Assembly: GCA_034927285.1 (NCBI GenBank)
Contig: JAYFQF010000024.1
Coordinates: 9,421 to 73,420, forward strand
Length of the DNA stretch: 64,000 nt
Source of the DNA: Peptococcaceae bacterium
GTDB taxonomy: Bacteria; Bacillota; Peptococcia; DRI-13; UBA5745
Direction of reading: 5' to 3'
A program made the position numbers and the translations under genes. Below, piece after piece: positions 1 through 9,702 of this stretch (positions within the stretch are counted from its first letter, which is position 1; each line of letters opens with the position of its first letter). The notes beneath the pieces are model-generated. The model was not told where the DNA came from. It made no database searches and worked only from the letters and a program-made list of their open reading frames with translations.

Positions 1-581
1 CCAAACTTGCTTATGTCGTCATATGTGGCGCTTTCACCGTTTACCATTTCTATCAGAAGTGTTCTCACCACCTGATCGAAATTGGGCGTCGGCAATTTAC
101 AAAGTGCCGACAGAATGCCAACGTCAATTTTTTCTTCGGTATATGACGGGCCAAGGATGTAGCTCTCAAATCGCTTAAACCGTTCACTGCTACGGAAGAA
201 CAGCTTATATTCTTCCATCACATGGCGAAGCGCACCCTCAACACCTAATATCAGCATATTGTTGGACGTTTCGTCGGCTGAAAAGGTCTGGCCGTACTTG
301 ATAGCGTCGGTAAGCCAATTTTCCCGGTCGAGCGGACGGGGCAACGGCGAATAAACCAGCAGATTACTCTCCTGATCCGTTTCTTCTATGTACAGCTTGA
401 CGGCAAACATATTGTTGTCGTACAGCTTGATAATTTTTACATTTGGGAGCGTCAAGCTGTCGATGTCATCGGCAAACACACCATCTTCGTCATACCAAAA
501 TATGATGTTGCGTTTTGCACCCTGCGAAAGTTCGCGGGAAAACTGCCGCTCCAATGATTTTTTTACTTCGGTTAGGTTCAT
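1..581 (-). CDS. pglZ: BREX-1 PglZ alkaline-phosphatase-like protein, N-terminal part (runs off left edge; not in ORF track)
   Basis: Manual translation from ATG at 581: MNLTEVKKSLERQFSRELSQGAKRNIIFWYDEDGVFADDIDSL...NLLVYSPLPRPLDRENWLTD, typical of the PglZ N-terminus; GGGGG RBS; lies downstream of pglX. Confidence 0.85.
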   Translation of the reverse strand, partial: MNLTEVKKSLERQFSRELSQGAKRNIIFWYDEDGVFADDIDSLTLPNVKIIKLYDNNMFAVKLYIEETDQESNLLVYSPLPRPLDRENWLTDAIKYGQTFSADETSNNMLILGVEGALRHVMEEYKLFFRSSERFKRFESYILGPSYTEEKIDVGILSALCKLPTPNFDQVVRTLLIEMVNGESATYDDISKF

Positions 582-593
582 TCAACGTTCCCC

Positions 594-983
594 CTAATGA
601 TTAGGGAATATTCTAAAATAGGTCGTACTTCCTATGTCGCGCCCATTCACCTGGTACTTTCCCAATGACCAATCTTCGGAACGATTCATTATCACCTCGA
701 ACACAAGCGCCCCAAAGACCATCCCCGCACGGGTAAAGTCGTTTCCTGATGCGGTATAAATTGGAGACCAAACCATACCTGTCCAATTGCTACCGGGAAT
801 CCATCCTGCGGTAATCAATTCATCGTGTGAATCCACAATTTCATCTACCCGCCGATTGAGTTCATCAATAATTGCGTCCAATTCTATCTTTGGAATACGA
901 TTGATAATGGGGCGGTTTACATTGTCATGGGGGATCTTGGTTATTTGTTTTATTCTATCTCCTGTGATTGAGAATAGTGCCAT
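594..983 (-). CDS. Hypothetical protein (129 aa) inserted in BREX operon
   Basis: ORF with GAGG RBS, 9 nt after the upstream ORF and 12 nt before pglZ; globular-looking sequence with W/G motif TAGWIPGSNWTG. Confidence 0.75.
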   Translation of the reverse strand: MALFSITGDRIKQITKIPHDNVNRPIINRIPKIELDAIIDELNRRVDEIVDSHDELITAGWIPGSNWTGMVWSPIYTASGNDFTRAGMVFGALVFEVIMNRSEDWSLGKYQVNGRDIGSTTYFRIFPNH

Positions 984-992
984 AATAACACC

Positions 993-1667
993 TCAAATTC
1001 CTAATGTTAGTTTAAGAGCAACACTTCCAAGAAGCCCCACAATTTCACCGTAAAACCAGCTATGCTTTTCTAGATGTCTACTGAGTCGCTCACGCAAAGA
1101 AGGTTTTGTCTCAATTTTTCCCGTGGCAGAGATTTGTTCGGCTATGGCCTTCACTTCTTCCAAAACAGTTAAGAGTTCAGCCTTATCCTCGCCACCTTTT
1201 TCCTCAATCATTTCTTCTATTTTAGTAACAGAATTATCAATGCTAAAGGTCGAATTGACAACATCACCGAAAACAACATTACCACCTTGGGCATTTATCG
1301 TGCCAATATTATATACATGACCAGTGGACATGCTTGCCATCGCCTCTCCTTTCTCGCATTTTTCTTGGTAGGCAACCTTACTCATAAAATGCAGTTCTTT
1401 AAACCAACCGGACTTTGTAGGCAAGTCGATTTCTTCATCAAAATAAATCTCATATGTTTCAAAGATAGCCGCTAATTCACTCTTGACCTTCTCATAAGCA
1501 GAGTACCCGCTTCTGTCAGGTATGTAAATCTGTACGCCAAGCGTATCTCCGCTTAACTGCTTATGATCAATACTGCCATTTGGAAGATGGCTTCCCCAAA
1601 AATAAAAGCTTAAATGATTTGATTGTGCGCACTTGACTACTTTCTGCTTCAATTCTTCCGTAAGTAT
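993..1667 (-). CDS. Hypothetical protein (~224 aa) inserted in BREX operon; probable ATA start at 1667 (ORF track uses TTG 1652); possible internal ATG start at 1340
   Basis: Frame is open from ATA 1667 (MLTEELKQKVV...), 8 nt after the GGAGG overlapping the pglX stop; an internal AAAGGAG-N5-ATG sits at 1340. Confidence 0.7.
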   Translation of the reverse strand: MLTEELKQKVVKCAQSNHLSFYFWGSHLPNGSIDHKQLSGDTLGVQIYIPDRSGYSAYEKVKSELAAIFETYEIYFDEEIDLPTKSGWFKELHFMSKVAYQEKCEKGEAMASMSTGHVYNIGTINAQGGNVVFGDVVNSTFSIDNSVTKIEEMIEEKGGEDKAELLTVLEEVKAIAEQISATGKIETKPSLRERLSRHLEKHSWFYGEIVGLLGSVALKLTLGI

Positions 1668-1679
1668 AGATCATCCCTC

Positions 1680-4600
1680 CTAACCAATCTTCGCTAATAA
1701 ATCCATCGGCACTGTCTTACCGTTATCCATTGGCACTTTCACGCCCTGGAATTTGGTATAGTTGACTTTCACGCCATCATCAAGATCAAGTTCAATCTGC
1801 TGGTGAGCAATGTGGGCTACTACCTGATCATAGGTACGGCATTCCTCAATCTTCCTTTGCAGGGCCTCAATTTCCTTACGGTAAGTGGCTTTCTCTCGGG
1901 TATCGTTGGTGGCACCAGACAGCATTTCCAACCGGCCGATTTCTGCCTCATATTTGCGCTGAAGTGGATGGAGATAATCAGTACGTGCTTGTGCAATCGT
2001 ATTTTTGTCATAGCGATGTAGGTAGAAAAGCGCTTTAAAACCGTCCTCCTTACCGCTGTCTAGCAGCCAGTAAATAGGACGCTTCTGATACACTTTGCAG
2101 TGATCCTTGTAAAAATCGTTCAAAAAATAGCGCCGTATTTTGTCTTTGGCCGAACCGTTCACATTGGGGTATAAGGCGCTGGCAATAAAGTTCAGGTTTT
2201 CACCCAGTGTGGAATCGCCGTATACGACGCGGACAAACTCAGTGAAACGCACCACAATATCGTCGTTAAAATAGTCAGCAGAACCAATCGGAACAATATT
2301 GTCTTCATCTGGCTCAAATGAGCAAGCAGTCCATTTATCGTGATCCTTAAACTCAGGATAATGATATGGAGCCGATGAAATCCCAGCATATCCTGACCCA
2401 GAGGGTAATTCACCATTCTCGTCACAGGGAGCTTGCCCTTTATAGCGATGATATATTGAGTTGAAATTACCGCCGGCAAATACAAGCCCCGGCTTACCCA
2501 GACTATAGCGCCCAAACATACAGCCAACAGCATAGGATAGAAAACTGCGGATGTCGCGGCCAAGATCGGCGTGACGTATAGTAACGTCCTTGTCCTCAAC
2601 TTCCGAGGTTAATTCGTCCTTCAATCCGTATATATCGATGAAAATACGGTTGAGATATTCTTCGTTGGCTTTGAGTTTGGCAAACTGTTCGTCAGTAAAG
2701 CGTTCCCAAGTGTTAAAAGCCTGTGCTATTGGCGCAGCGCCCTCACTCCACTCAATAACATTGGGGCCTTCAACGATGTCATCCGCATACATCAATGGGA
2801 CAGCTTCGTAATTAACTTTAAAGGCGACCAGCGGATGGGTTTTGAAGTCCCATGAGGTTTCAAAAGCATCCCAATCAATTTTAGCTATGTTAATGTTTTG
2901 TTCAATCAATATATTCATCTGATTTTCCAAGTCACCATAGGATAGTAGTGGGATTTTTGCCAAATCACCAATATTAAAATGCAGTGAGGGACAGAGAACA
3001 TCAAGTATAAGTTTACTTACAGTACTGTTCAAAAAACCTACAACATAATTGATGTGTTGCTCTCCAAACAAACATAGGCCAGCAGTCGAAAAAATAAACC
3101 CATAATCAAAGTGTCGTAAACCAATCTGTCCAGTTGATATATCTGTCCATGTAAACCCGGAGCGAAAATAGTAGCTCTTATTTCTGATTGATGCGCGACC
3201 TGTTACTTGTATTTCATTGCCATCATTTTCCCAATTGATAACAAGAAAGTTATTCCCGTACCATTTTCTTGTTTGTCCACCATTATTAAATGGAAACCAT
3301 TTTTTTTCACGCATAACATGCTGCATATCTTTGGTAGGATACGCAAATTTTGAAATATCAATTTCGAACCAATTCCGCAAAAATCTATCATTATTTGCAG
3401 TGGAAATTCCTACGCAAAAATCAACTACATCACCAAATTTATATTGCGAGTCGAATGCCTTTAAAATTGCGTTCTTAGTCCAATACGCAACAGGTTTTCC
3501 GGGTATTGTTTCAAAATCTGAATTTTTTCTAGCGTAGCGATTTTTCCCATGAATAAATGCTTTTTCCTTGGAAGACTGACAATTATAATCGACAAGGCGA
3601 AAATAAGTTCCAAGGTATTGAGGAATATGACTATTCTGTATGACAAACGCTGTGGTTTGTACAACCTCGCCGCTTATTTCATCAAAGGCCTTTGCACCTA
3701 AATGAACCATGTTGACGATATTGCGTTGAAGCAGTTCTTTTCGTAATTTATCGTAACTTGAAAAGAACATCCAAGCATGTTGTGTAATCATTGCTTGATA
3801 GGCGTTTGGCTTCAGTAACTCGTGGCATTTTTCAATAAATACGGCAAACATATCTGCTTTTCCGTCAGGATAGTTCTTTTTGACATACTCTGATAGTTTT
3901 GCTCCCATACCGCCGCCACCCATATACGGCGGATTTGTCACAACCACATCGTATTTCTGGGTCAAAATCTCGGCGATATCCAATATTTCTAGCAATACTT
4001 CCTGTGCATGAGAAATATCTTGGGCATCCATATGAATCTGGACGGGGCATATAGCCTTCATAAACTGGCGCAGCTTGTCATAATTCAACTTTCGCTCAAT
4101 TTTCAGGATAGAACCGTATTCCCGCGCATCGGCGAACAAATCAATCAGATAGCCAAGGCCCTCTTTACACTCGTTTTGATCGGTTTCGCTCATACCTTCA
4201 CCCATGTAGTCCAGAGGATACCGCTGTACTCCGTCGGATTCAATCACAGCGTAGACATGCGGCTGGGGAATGCTCTCGCCATCCTTCGGTCGGAAGAAAC
4301 GGCGGTTATAACTACGGGCTTTCATCATCAAGGCAAAATAGGCAAGCTGAGCTGCGCGCCCGTCAATGTCCAGACCGTAGATATTGTTCCGCAATATCAG
4401 CCCCGGGATTTCGCGCTCCGCATAGCCCTGGCTGAAATATATCTGAAACAACACATCAAAAGCGTACACCAAAATATGCCCGCTCCCCATACAAGGGTCG
4501 ATAATTTTTATTTGTGCGGGGTTTTCAATTCTGTATTGCTGTTCAAGTTCCTTTAATTGGCGCTCAACCTCAGGTTCCTGTCCGGCTTCGTCAACATAGT

Positions 4601-5483
4601 AAGTCCACAGTTCGCGCAGAGCATCTTCCGCGTTGCCACATGCCAAACCCAGGGGGCAATAAGTAAGCCACAACCGCCCAAGGCTGTTTTCCACCATATA
4701 TTTTACAATCCATTCCGGCGTGAAAAGCTGAGTGGCGGCGGGGATGGTTTCCTTGTTAATTTTTACGTTCTTTTTCAATGCAGCGAAAACTTCATCTTTT
4801 TTCTCGGAGATATAATACTGGTATAGCCAGCCGATAATCTGCACCTGATCCTTGAAATCGTCCTCCTTGATGGCATTGACCAGATCATGGACAATGCCGC
4901 CTCTTTGATATAAAGAATCCGGGAGCAGCAACTCGGTATAGTCATTGATTTTCTGGAACATACCCGGCAGAATTTCATGCAGGGCATTGCACTGAGAAAT
5001 CAGGATGTACTTGTACAGCTTTTCAGAAGCACCGGGGGCGGTGTCGGCGCGAAGTCGAGCGATTTCATCCTGATTTACATAGGGTAGCCGCTCGGCCTCA
5101 CGCATGGCGTCCGGTTCTGCTCTCCCCGGTTCGGCGCTGGAGAGGATACGGATGCCAGAGGGCAAATATTCGTTGATTTCCATATAGCGTAGTGCAATCA
5201 GGCGGTTAAACCATGTGTAAGCAACTTCCTCCAGTACATGGCTGAACGCCTTTTCATTGTCCATTTCGCCGCCGAGGTGGGCAAGGTAAGCAATCAATTT
5301 TAAACGGGCTTCCATTTGTTTGTCAGTCAGAAAAATGCCATCCGCGCGCAGTTTCGTTGCCGCAACTTTAGGTAGCTCCGCGCCTTCCTCATAGATATAC
5401 AAGGATGCCATTTTTGTTCTGACCACATCTATCAACTTCCGGCGCGTCGCTACCGCATAGTTTTTGATTGCTGTTTTATCCAT
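1680..5483 (-). CDS. pglX: BREX-1 adenine-specific DNA methyltransferase PglX (BrxX)
   Basis: 1267 aa; motif I DPCMGSGHIL, motif IV NPPY, TQLFTPEWIVKYMVENSLG, WDAFETSWDF, C-terminal IELDLDDGVKVNY; follows brxC. Confidence 0.95.
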   Translation of the reverse strand: MDKTAIKNYAVATRRKLIDVVRTKMASLYIYEEGAELPKVAATKLRADGIFLTDKQMEARLKLIAYLAHLGGEMDNEKAFSHVLEEVAYTWFNRLIALRYMEINEYLPSGIRILSSAEPGRAEPDAMREAERLPYVNQDEIARLRADTAPGASEKLYKYILISQCNALHEILPGMFQKINDYTELLLPDSLYQRGGIVHDLVNAIKEDDFKDQVQIIGWLYQYYISEKKDEVFAALKKNVKINKETIPAATQLFTPEWIVKYMVENSLGRLWLTYCPLGLACGNAEDALRELWTYYVDEAGQEPEVERQLKELEQQYRIENPAQIKIIDPCMGSGHILVYAFDVLFQIYFSQGYAEREIPGLILRNNIYGLDIDGRAAQLAYFALMMKARSYNRRFFRPKDGESIPQPHVYAVIESDGVQRYPLDYMGEGMSETDQNECKEGLGYLIDLFADAREYGSILKIERKLNYDKLRQFMKAICPVQIHMDAQDISHAQEVLLEILDIAEILTQKYDVVVTNPPYMGGGGMGAKLSEYVKKNYPDGKADMFAVFIEKCHELLKPNAYQAMITQHAWMFFSSYDKLRKELLQRNIVNMVHLGAKAFDEISGEVVQTTAFVIQNSHIPQYLGTYFRLVDYNCQSSKEKAFIHGKNRYARKNSDFETIPGKPVAYWTKNAILKAFDSQYKFGDVVDFCVGISTANNDRFLRNWFEIDISKFAYPTKDMQHVMREKKWFPFNNGGQTRKWYGNNFLVINWENDGNEIQVTGRASIRNKSYYFRSGFTWTDISTGQIGLRHFDYGFIFSTAGLCLFGEQHINYVVGFLNSTVSKLILDVLCPSLHFNIGDLAKIPLLSYGDLENQMNILIEQNINIAKIDWDAFETSWDFKTHPLVAFKVNYEAVPLMYADDIVEGPNVIEWSEGAAPIAQAFNTWERFTDEQFAKLKANEEYLNRIFIDIYGLKDELTSEVEDKDVTIRHADLGRDIRSFLSYAVGCMFGRYSLGKPGLVFAGGNFNSIYHRYKGQAPCDENGELPSGSGYAGISSAPYHYPEFKDHDKWTACSFEPDEDNIVPIGSADYFNDDIVVRFTEFVRVVYGDSTLGENLNFIASALYPNVNGSAKDKIRRYFLNDFYKDHCKVYQKRPIYWLLDSGKEDGFKALFYLHRYDKNTIAQARTDYLHPLQRKYEAEIGRLEMLSGATNDTREKATYRKEIEALQRKIEECRTYDQVVAHIAHQQIELDLDDGVKVNYTKFQGVKVPMDNGKTVPMDLLAKIG

Positions 5484-5503
5484 CTTGCTCCAACCTCCAG
5501 GTG

Positions 5504-8500
5504 CTAAATAATTCTTATCGTGGTATCTTCCGTAAGCTCCGATTCCAGCTTTATACGAAGTTCATCCAGCAGCTTATCAATGTCCTGCCTGTTGGAAATA
5601 TGGTTTGTGCCGGAAATCAGCGTTTTCAGGCTGATATTTTTTGTTTTACGCACGGGCTTTGGTGGTGTTTCTCCGGAACAGCCAGACTGTGTTGCGGCAA
5701 TGCGAGCCTCCTCGTCATCAAAGCTCTGGATGAAACGTTGCTTCATCCGGTCGCTTTCGGTGCGCATGGCAATGGCCTCATAAATGTTGTTGGCATGGGA
5801 AAGCCTGTCAAGCAGTGCCCTGTAGTCTTCATCCACCTTATCAGATAACTTATCGGCAAAAGCCCGTCGTTTTAAATCTTCAAGCGTGGCCGCACGATCG
5901 GCCTCAATATCCACACAAATCGGCTTACACTCTGCAGCCATCAGGTTGCTAAATCGCTTGATAAATTGATCCACCAGTTCAGGCAGTTTATGAATTTCCG
6001 AATACGGGGACTGAAGCCGTGTGATTCTCTCCATTTCATTTATGACTCGGATGGTTTCCGGGTCAAGCACGTAGGAACGGTTGCCTTCGTAAATAGAGAG
6101 CATCTTCAGTGCCTTATCAAAAATCTCGCGCTGGTTCCGGAAGAACTTTTTGACATCCTGCATATCTTCCTCATAGTCCAGCAGATCGTCCTTTTCGTTT
6201 TGCAGATAATCGAAAAATGCCTTGATATCCTTAATTCTGACGAGCTGTTCCAGCAGATTCTTCCCGTTCTCCAGCACGGTTTCCCCCGGATAACGTATCT
6301 TGCTGTATTCGTCTAGAAGCTGCCTGACGCCAGGATTTAGGTCATCATGGCGATCAAGCTCCTTTAACGCAAAATCCCGCATACGGGCCATCAGACCGTC
6401 TTCATCTCCCGGAACATCGCTTTTGCCGAACACGTCCCTCGCAATGTTCTTCGCGTTGGTTAAAAGGGCAGGGGGGATTTTAACCCGTGTTTTTACCACC
6501 ACACGGTCAAGATAGTCCCGCTTGGTGACATAGGTAATCACATTCATATCGCCGGTGGAAATGGTTTCGCCGCTTAAATCCAGACGAACTTCCTGCTTTT
6601 TGAACAGGGTGAGAAGGATGCCGGCAATGTCATTTTCTTTCCAGCCATAAGGGATCTTACTGAATTGCTCGATTAGTCCCCGCATGGTAAGGGGGATATT
6701 TTTGAAAGAACTTCGGCTGATCACTTCGGACATTTCTATAATTGCAAGATGGTTCGGCTCTACAGATTCCATTCCGTCCAAAGTAACCTGCGTATCCCGT
6801 GAAGTCAGGATCTCGCGAAGGTTGTCAGTGGTAAAGAAGGGGTCTGTGATATAGCTTTGCTTGGTGTATATGCTCTCCACCAAAACCTTAAATGCATCAT
6901 TGATGCGTTCAGACGGCTGTTTTTCCTTAATATCCAGGCGATTGCCGTTTACATAGATGTCAGCCCTTTTCAGCGCTTCAATAATCAGTTCCCGTGAGCG
7001 TTCCGCTCGCTGTTTGCCTTCGCGGATTTTTGTGGTCTTGATGTCCTCCACGGTATCTGTAGTAGATTTGCCCGCCGTGCGGCGTATGTAGGTATCGATT
7101 TGCAGGGACTGTTCCATTTCCTCAAAGAATGACATATCATCCGGCAAGGATATAATCACATTACGCTCCCGTATGGAGAGCGACTTCATTTCCATGTCGG
7201 ATGCGCCGCCGTGGGCATACATAGGGGTCAAGATGCGAATCCCGATTTCCTCTTTTTGCGCGCCGCGCGGTCTGTCATCGATGATGGTGTTAAACGCGAA
7301 ATCATAGCGGTCGTTGTAACGGTATTTCTTATTCAGGCCGAACAGGGCGGAGAAAATATCGTCGCCTACCTTGTCGATGATCTCGCTGGCATCAATCTTG
7401 ATCTCCCGGATTTCACGATTGACGTCCTGTTCCTCATTGGTCAGAAAGATAAACTGATCTCCGTTTTTAATAATCAGCTTTTGTTTTTCCAGTCGGCGTA
7501 GAGAAGCGTCAACCTTCTTTTTCGCTTCAATTTTATCCTGATCGATGTTGTCGAGCATGATGGTAGTGATATTCTCCAAGTTTGCCGGCAGCACATTGGA
7601 GATGTATTTCAACATGAACAGCACTTTCAGTACTTCCACGTCATAAAGCTGAAGATCTCCATCCGACCGCTCCGCGCTGTCTTCGGCATCAAAGATCACC
7701 TTGCGGATATTGTGATCAAGAAAGGTTTCAACTGTTTTATAGAAAGCATCAAATGGAATCAGTATCCCATCCTCGGAATTGGCATACTGAATCGCCGCCT
7801 CCTGAAAGGCATTGAGCAGGGAACGCTCGCCTTCGGACAGGTGCTTGCCTGACGCACCGTGGGTACGGATGCCGTTGAATACCGCCTGCAGCAGGTTGAA
7901 TTGATAAGGGATAAACGGATACACATCCACAAAATCATCTTCGTCGGAGTACAAACGCTTTTCCGGCGTGTCTGGAGAGAAAGTAATCAGATTCTTCAAG
8001 ATGGCAGCTTTGTCAGCATACAAAAGCCGCAATTTTTCAGTGGCAGTCTCGGTTTTAGAAAGAAGCCTTTTCTTGATTACTTCATCCACATTCGCCGAGG
8101 AAAGTGAGAGGCGTGTATCAAAACGACCCATGATTTTAGAAAATTCATTGCGGTCAAATTTCGCAATAGAGTCAATATCTTCCTGACCTGTAGCAATTAC
8201 CCATGCTCGACCCCTGCATTCTGTGCCCAGACTTTCAACGACGCTTTGTAAGTTAAGCAGTAATCCCTTATTGGTGTCGCTGGTGATATACTGACCCATC
8301 TCATCGATCATAAAAATCACAAAATGATTTTTACCGCTACTCTCAGATTTCGCTTCTATATATTCCCGCACTTTACGGGCAAAAGCATTGATATCGATGG
8401 AATAATCTTTTTCAGCCTTGTCGTACCAGCTGCGGGCGGCGGCTTGGCTCATTTTTGTTGTGTCGGCTAACGCCTGCACAATATTATCTTCCTCAAAATA

Positions 8501-9124
8501 AAAATCCTCACGAGCATTCTCCCAATCATTGCTGGCCAGTTCTTTGAAGCGGGCACGAAAAGCATCATACACACCATTTTCGGTCATTTGACGTTCCAGA
8601 TCGGCAATCCATGGCATGCTTCCGCAGAAGCCCCGCATCTTGTTAAACACCTTCATGAAGACCTTAACGATAGCATCCTTGTTGACTTTAGAATCTGCGT
8701 CAGCCTCCGCATCGATATTGAAAAGTATCACATCTGCGTTTGTATCAGCGGCTACCTGCATGTCGGCCATAATGCGGCTGTCGGCAATCTTTCCCTCAAA
8801 AAAGCCGATGGCTTTCCTACCTCCATACTCTTTACCAGACAACAGGTAGGACAGGATTTTCAGGAAGTGCGATTTACCGCTTCCAAAGAAGCCGCTGATC
8901 CAAACGCCTATTTTATCGGTATGTTGTTGGGTGCCTTTACGGTAATTCCCAAAGAATTTATCGAAGTGCCGGTTCAACTCTCTGGTAACGACGTATTCGT
9001 CCAGCTCCTGCGTGATGATTTCGGTAGAATCCTGACCGATTTTCACAACGCCTTGAATCGATCTGCCGATCTTTTTCTGGAACATATCATTGATTTTCAC
9101 GATTGCCGCACTCCTATCTTTCAA
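5504..9124 (-). CDS. brxC: BREX system P-loop ATPase BrxC
   Basis: 1206 aa; Walker A WISGFFGSGKSHFLK, Walker B IDEMGQY, YPFIPYQF, HLSEGERSLL; between brxB and pglX. Confidence 0.95.
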   Translation of the reverse strand: MKDRSAAIVKINDMFQKKIGRSIQGVVKIGQDSTEIITQELDEYVVTRELNRHFDKFFGNYRKGTQQHTDKIGVWISGFFGSGKSHFLKILSYLLSGKEYGGRKAIGFFEGKIADSRIMADMQVAADTNADVILFNIDAEADADSKVNKDAIVKVFMKVFNKMRGFCGSMPWIADLERQMTENGVYDAFRARFKELASNDWENAREDFYFEEDNIVQALADTTKMSQAAARSWYDKAEKDYSIDINAFARKVREYIEAKSESSGKNHFVIFMIDEMGQYITSDTNKGLLLNLQSVVESLGTECRGRAWVIATGQEDIDSIAKFDRNEFSKIMGRFDTRLSLSSANVDEVIKKRLLSKTETATEKLRLLYADKAAILKNLITFSPDTPEKRLYSDEDDFVDVYPFIPYQFNLLQAVFNGIRTHGASGKHLSEGERSLLNAFQEAAIQYANSEDGILIPFDAFYKTVETFLDHNIRKVIFDAEDSAERSDGDLQLYDVEVLKVLFMLKYISNVLPANLENITTIMLDNIDQDKIEAKKKVDASLRRLEKQKLIIKNGDQFIFLTNEEQDVNREIREIKIDASEIIDKVGDDIFSALFGLNKKYRYNDRYDFAFNTIIDDRPRGAQKEEIGIRILTPMYAHGGASDMEMKSLSIRERNVIISLPDDMSFFEEMEQSLQIDTYIRRTAGKSTTDTVEDIKTTKIREGKQRAERSRELIIEALKRADIYVNGNRLDIKEKQPSERINDAFKVLVESIYTKQSYITDPFFTTDNLREILTSRDTQVTLDGMESVEPNHLAIIEMSEVISRSSFKNIPLTMRGLIEQFSKIPYGWKENDIAGILLTLFKKQEVRLDLSGETISTGDMNVITYVTKRDYLDRVVVKTRVKIPPALLTNAKNIARDVFGKSDVPGDEDGLMARMRDFALKELDRHDDLNPGVRQLLDEYSKIRYPGETVLENGKNLLEQLVRIKDIKAFFDYLQNEKDDLLDYEEDMQDVKKFFRNQREIFDKALKMLSIYEGNRSYVLDPETIRVINEMERITRLQSPYSEIHKLPELVDQFIKRFSNLMAAECKPICVDIEADRAATLEDLKRRAFADKLSDKVDEDYRALLDRLSHANNIYEAIAMRTESDRMKQRFIQSFDDEEARIAATQSGCSGETPPKPVRKTKNISLKTLISGTNHISNRQDIDKLLDELRIKLESELTEDTTIRII

Positions 9125-9695
9125 TCAGTTTAAACGCCCGATAATAATTGTCATCGGTGATCTCACCAAACAAGCGAAGCTCATTTGTATATTCTCCAGG
9201 AAAAAACATCACGAGTGCATTCTTGTTCACACGACTGTGCAAGTTGTTCAAGATGGTGTGGGAGCGAATGATCGGCCATGCCTTTCCGATACCGGTGAGA
9301 AAAACCACATCCCGTTCCGGCACAAGGTTCCGCGTGATTTTATTAATAATCAAGTCTCCTTCGAGCGTAAGGCGCAGAGTCCTCTTGATAGGGTTGATAA
9401 TTGCCTCGCTTCCTTTGGCTTTCTCCATCGCAATTACCCTATCAAGGTAATTCTTCTCTCTGAGGACTTCCAACATAAGATCGTACAGGTCAAAGCGAAC
9501 GATACGCACATCATCATACAAACCGTTGACCCGTCCAAGCAGATAATCCACATGGGCACGCACCGCCATTTCATCTTCGGCATCATAATCAAATATCCAG
9601 AAATTAATCTCGTTGGCCGTGCCCCGGCCCGTGCGAAAAGTCGGCTCTAGAATTTTCTTCTCAATGAGATCGAGCCGTTTATTCAATGTCATCAT
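9114..9695 (-). CDS. brxB: BREX protein BrxB (DUF1788)
   Basis: Start moved to ATG 9695 just after the brxA stop (MMTLNKRLDLIEKKI); FWIFDY, VFLTGIGKAWPIIRSHTILNNLH, VMFFPGEY motifs. Confidence 0.9.
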   Translation of the reverse strand: MMTLNKRLDLIEKKILEPTFRTGRGTANEINFWIFDYDAEDEMAVRAHVDYLLGRVNGLYDDVRIVRFDLYDLMLEVLREKNYLDRVIAMEKAKGSEAIINPIKRTLRLTLEGDLIINKITRNLVPERDVVFLTGIGKAWPIIRSHTILNNLHSRVNKNALVMFFPGEYTNELRLFGEITDDNYYRAFKLIER

Positions 9696-9702
9696 ACAAC
9701 CC

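Noticed and set aside
1570-1674. 35-codon ORF from ATG 1674 directly after pglX
   Set aside because: The ATG is only 1 nt from the SD and the peptide has no features; the in-frame ATA at 1667 explains the SD better.
3293-3307. A8 run in pglX coding strand as a phase-variation tract
   Set aside because: Short, currently in frame and expected by chance in AT-rich DNA.
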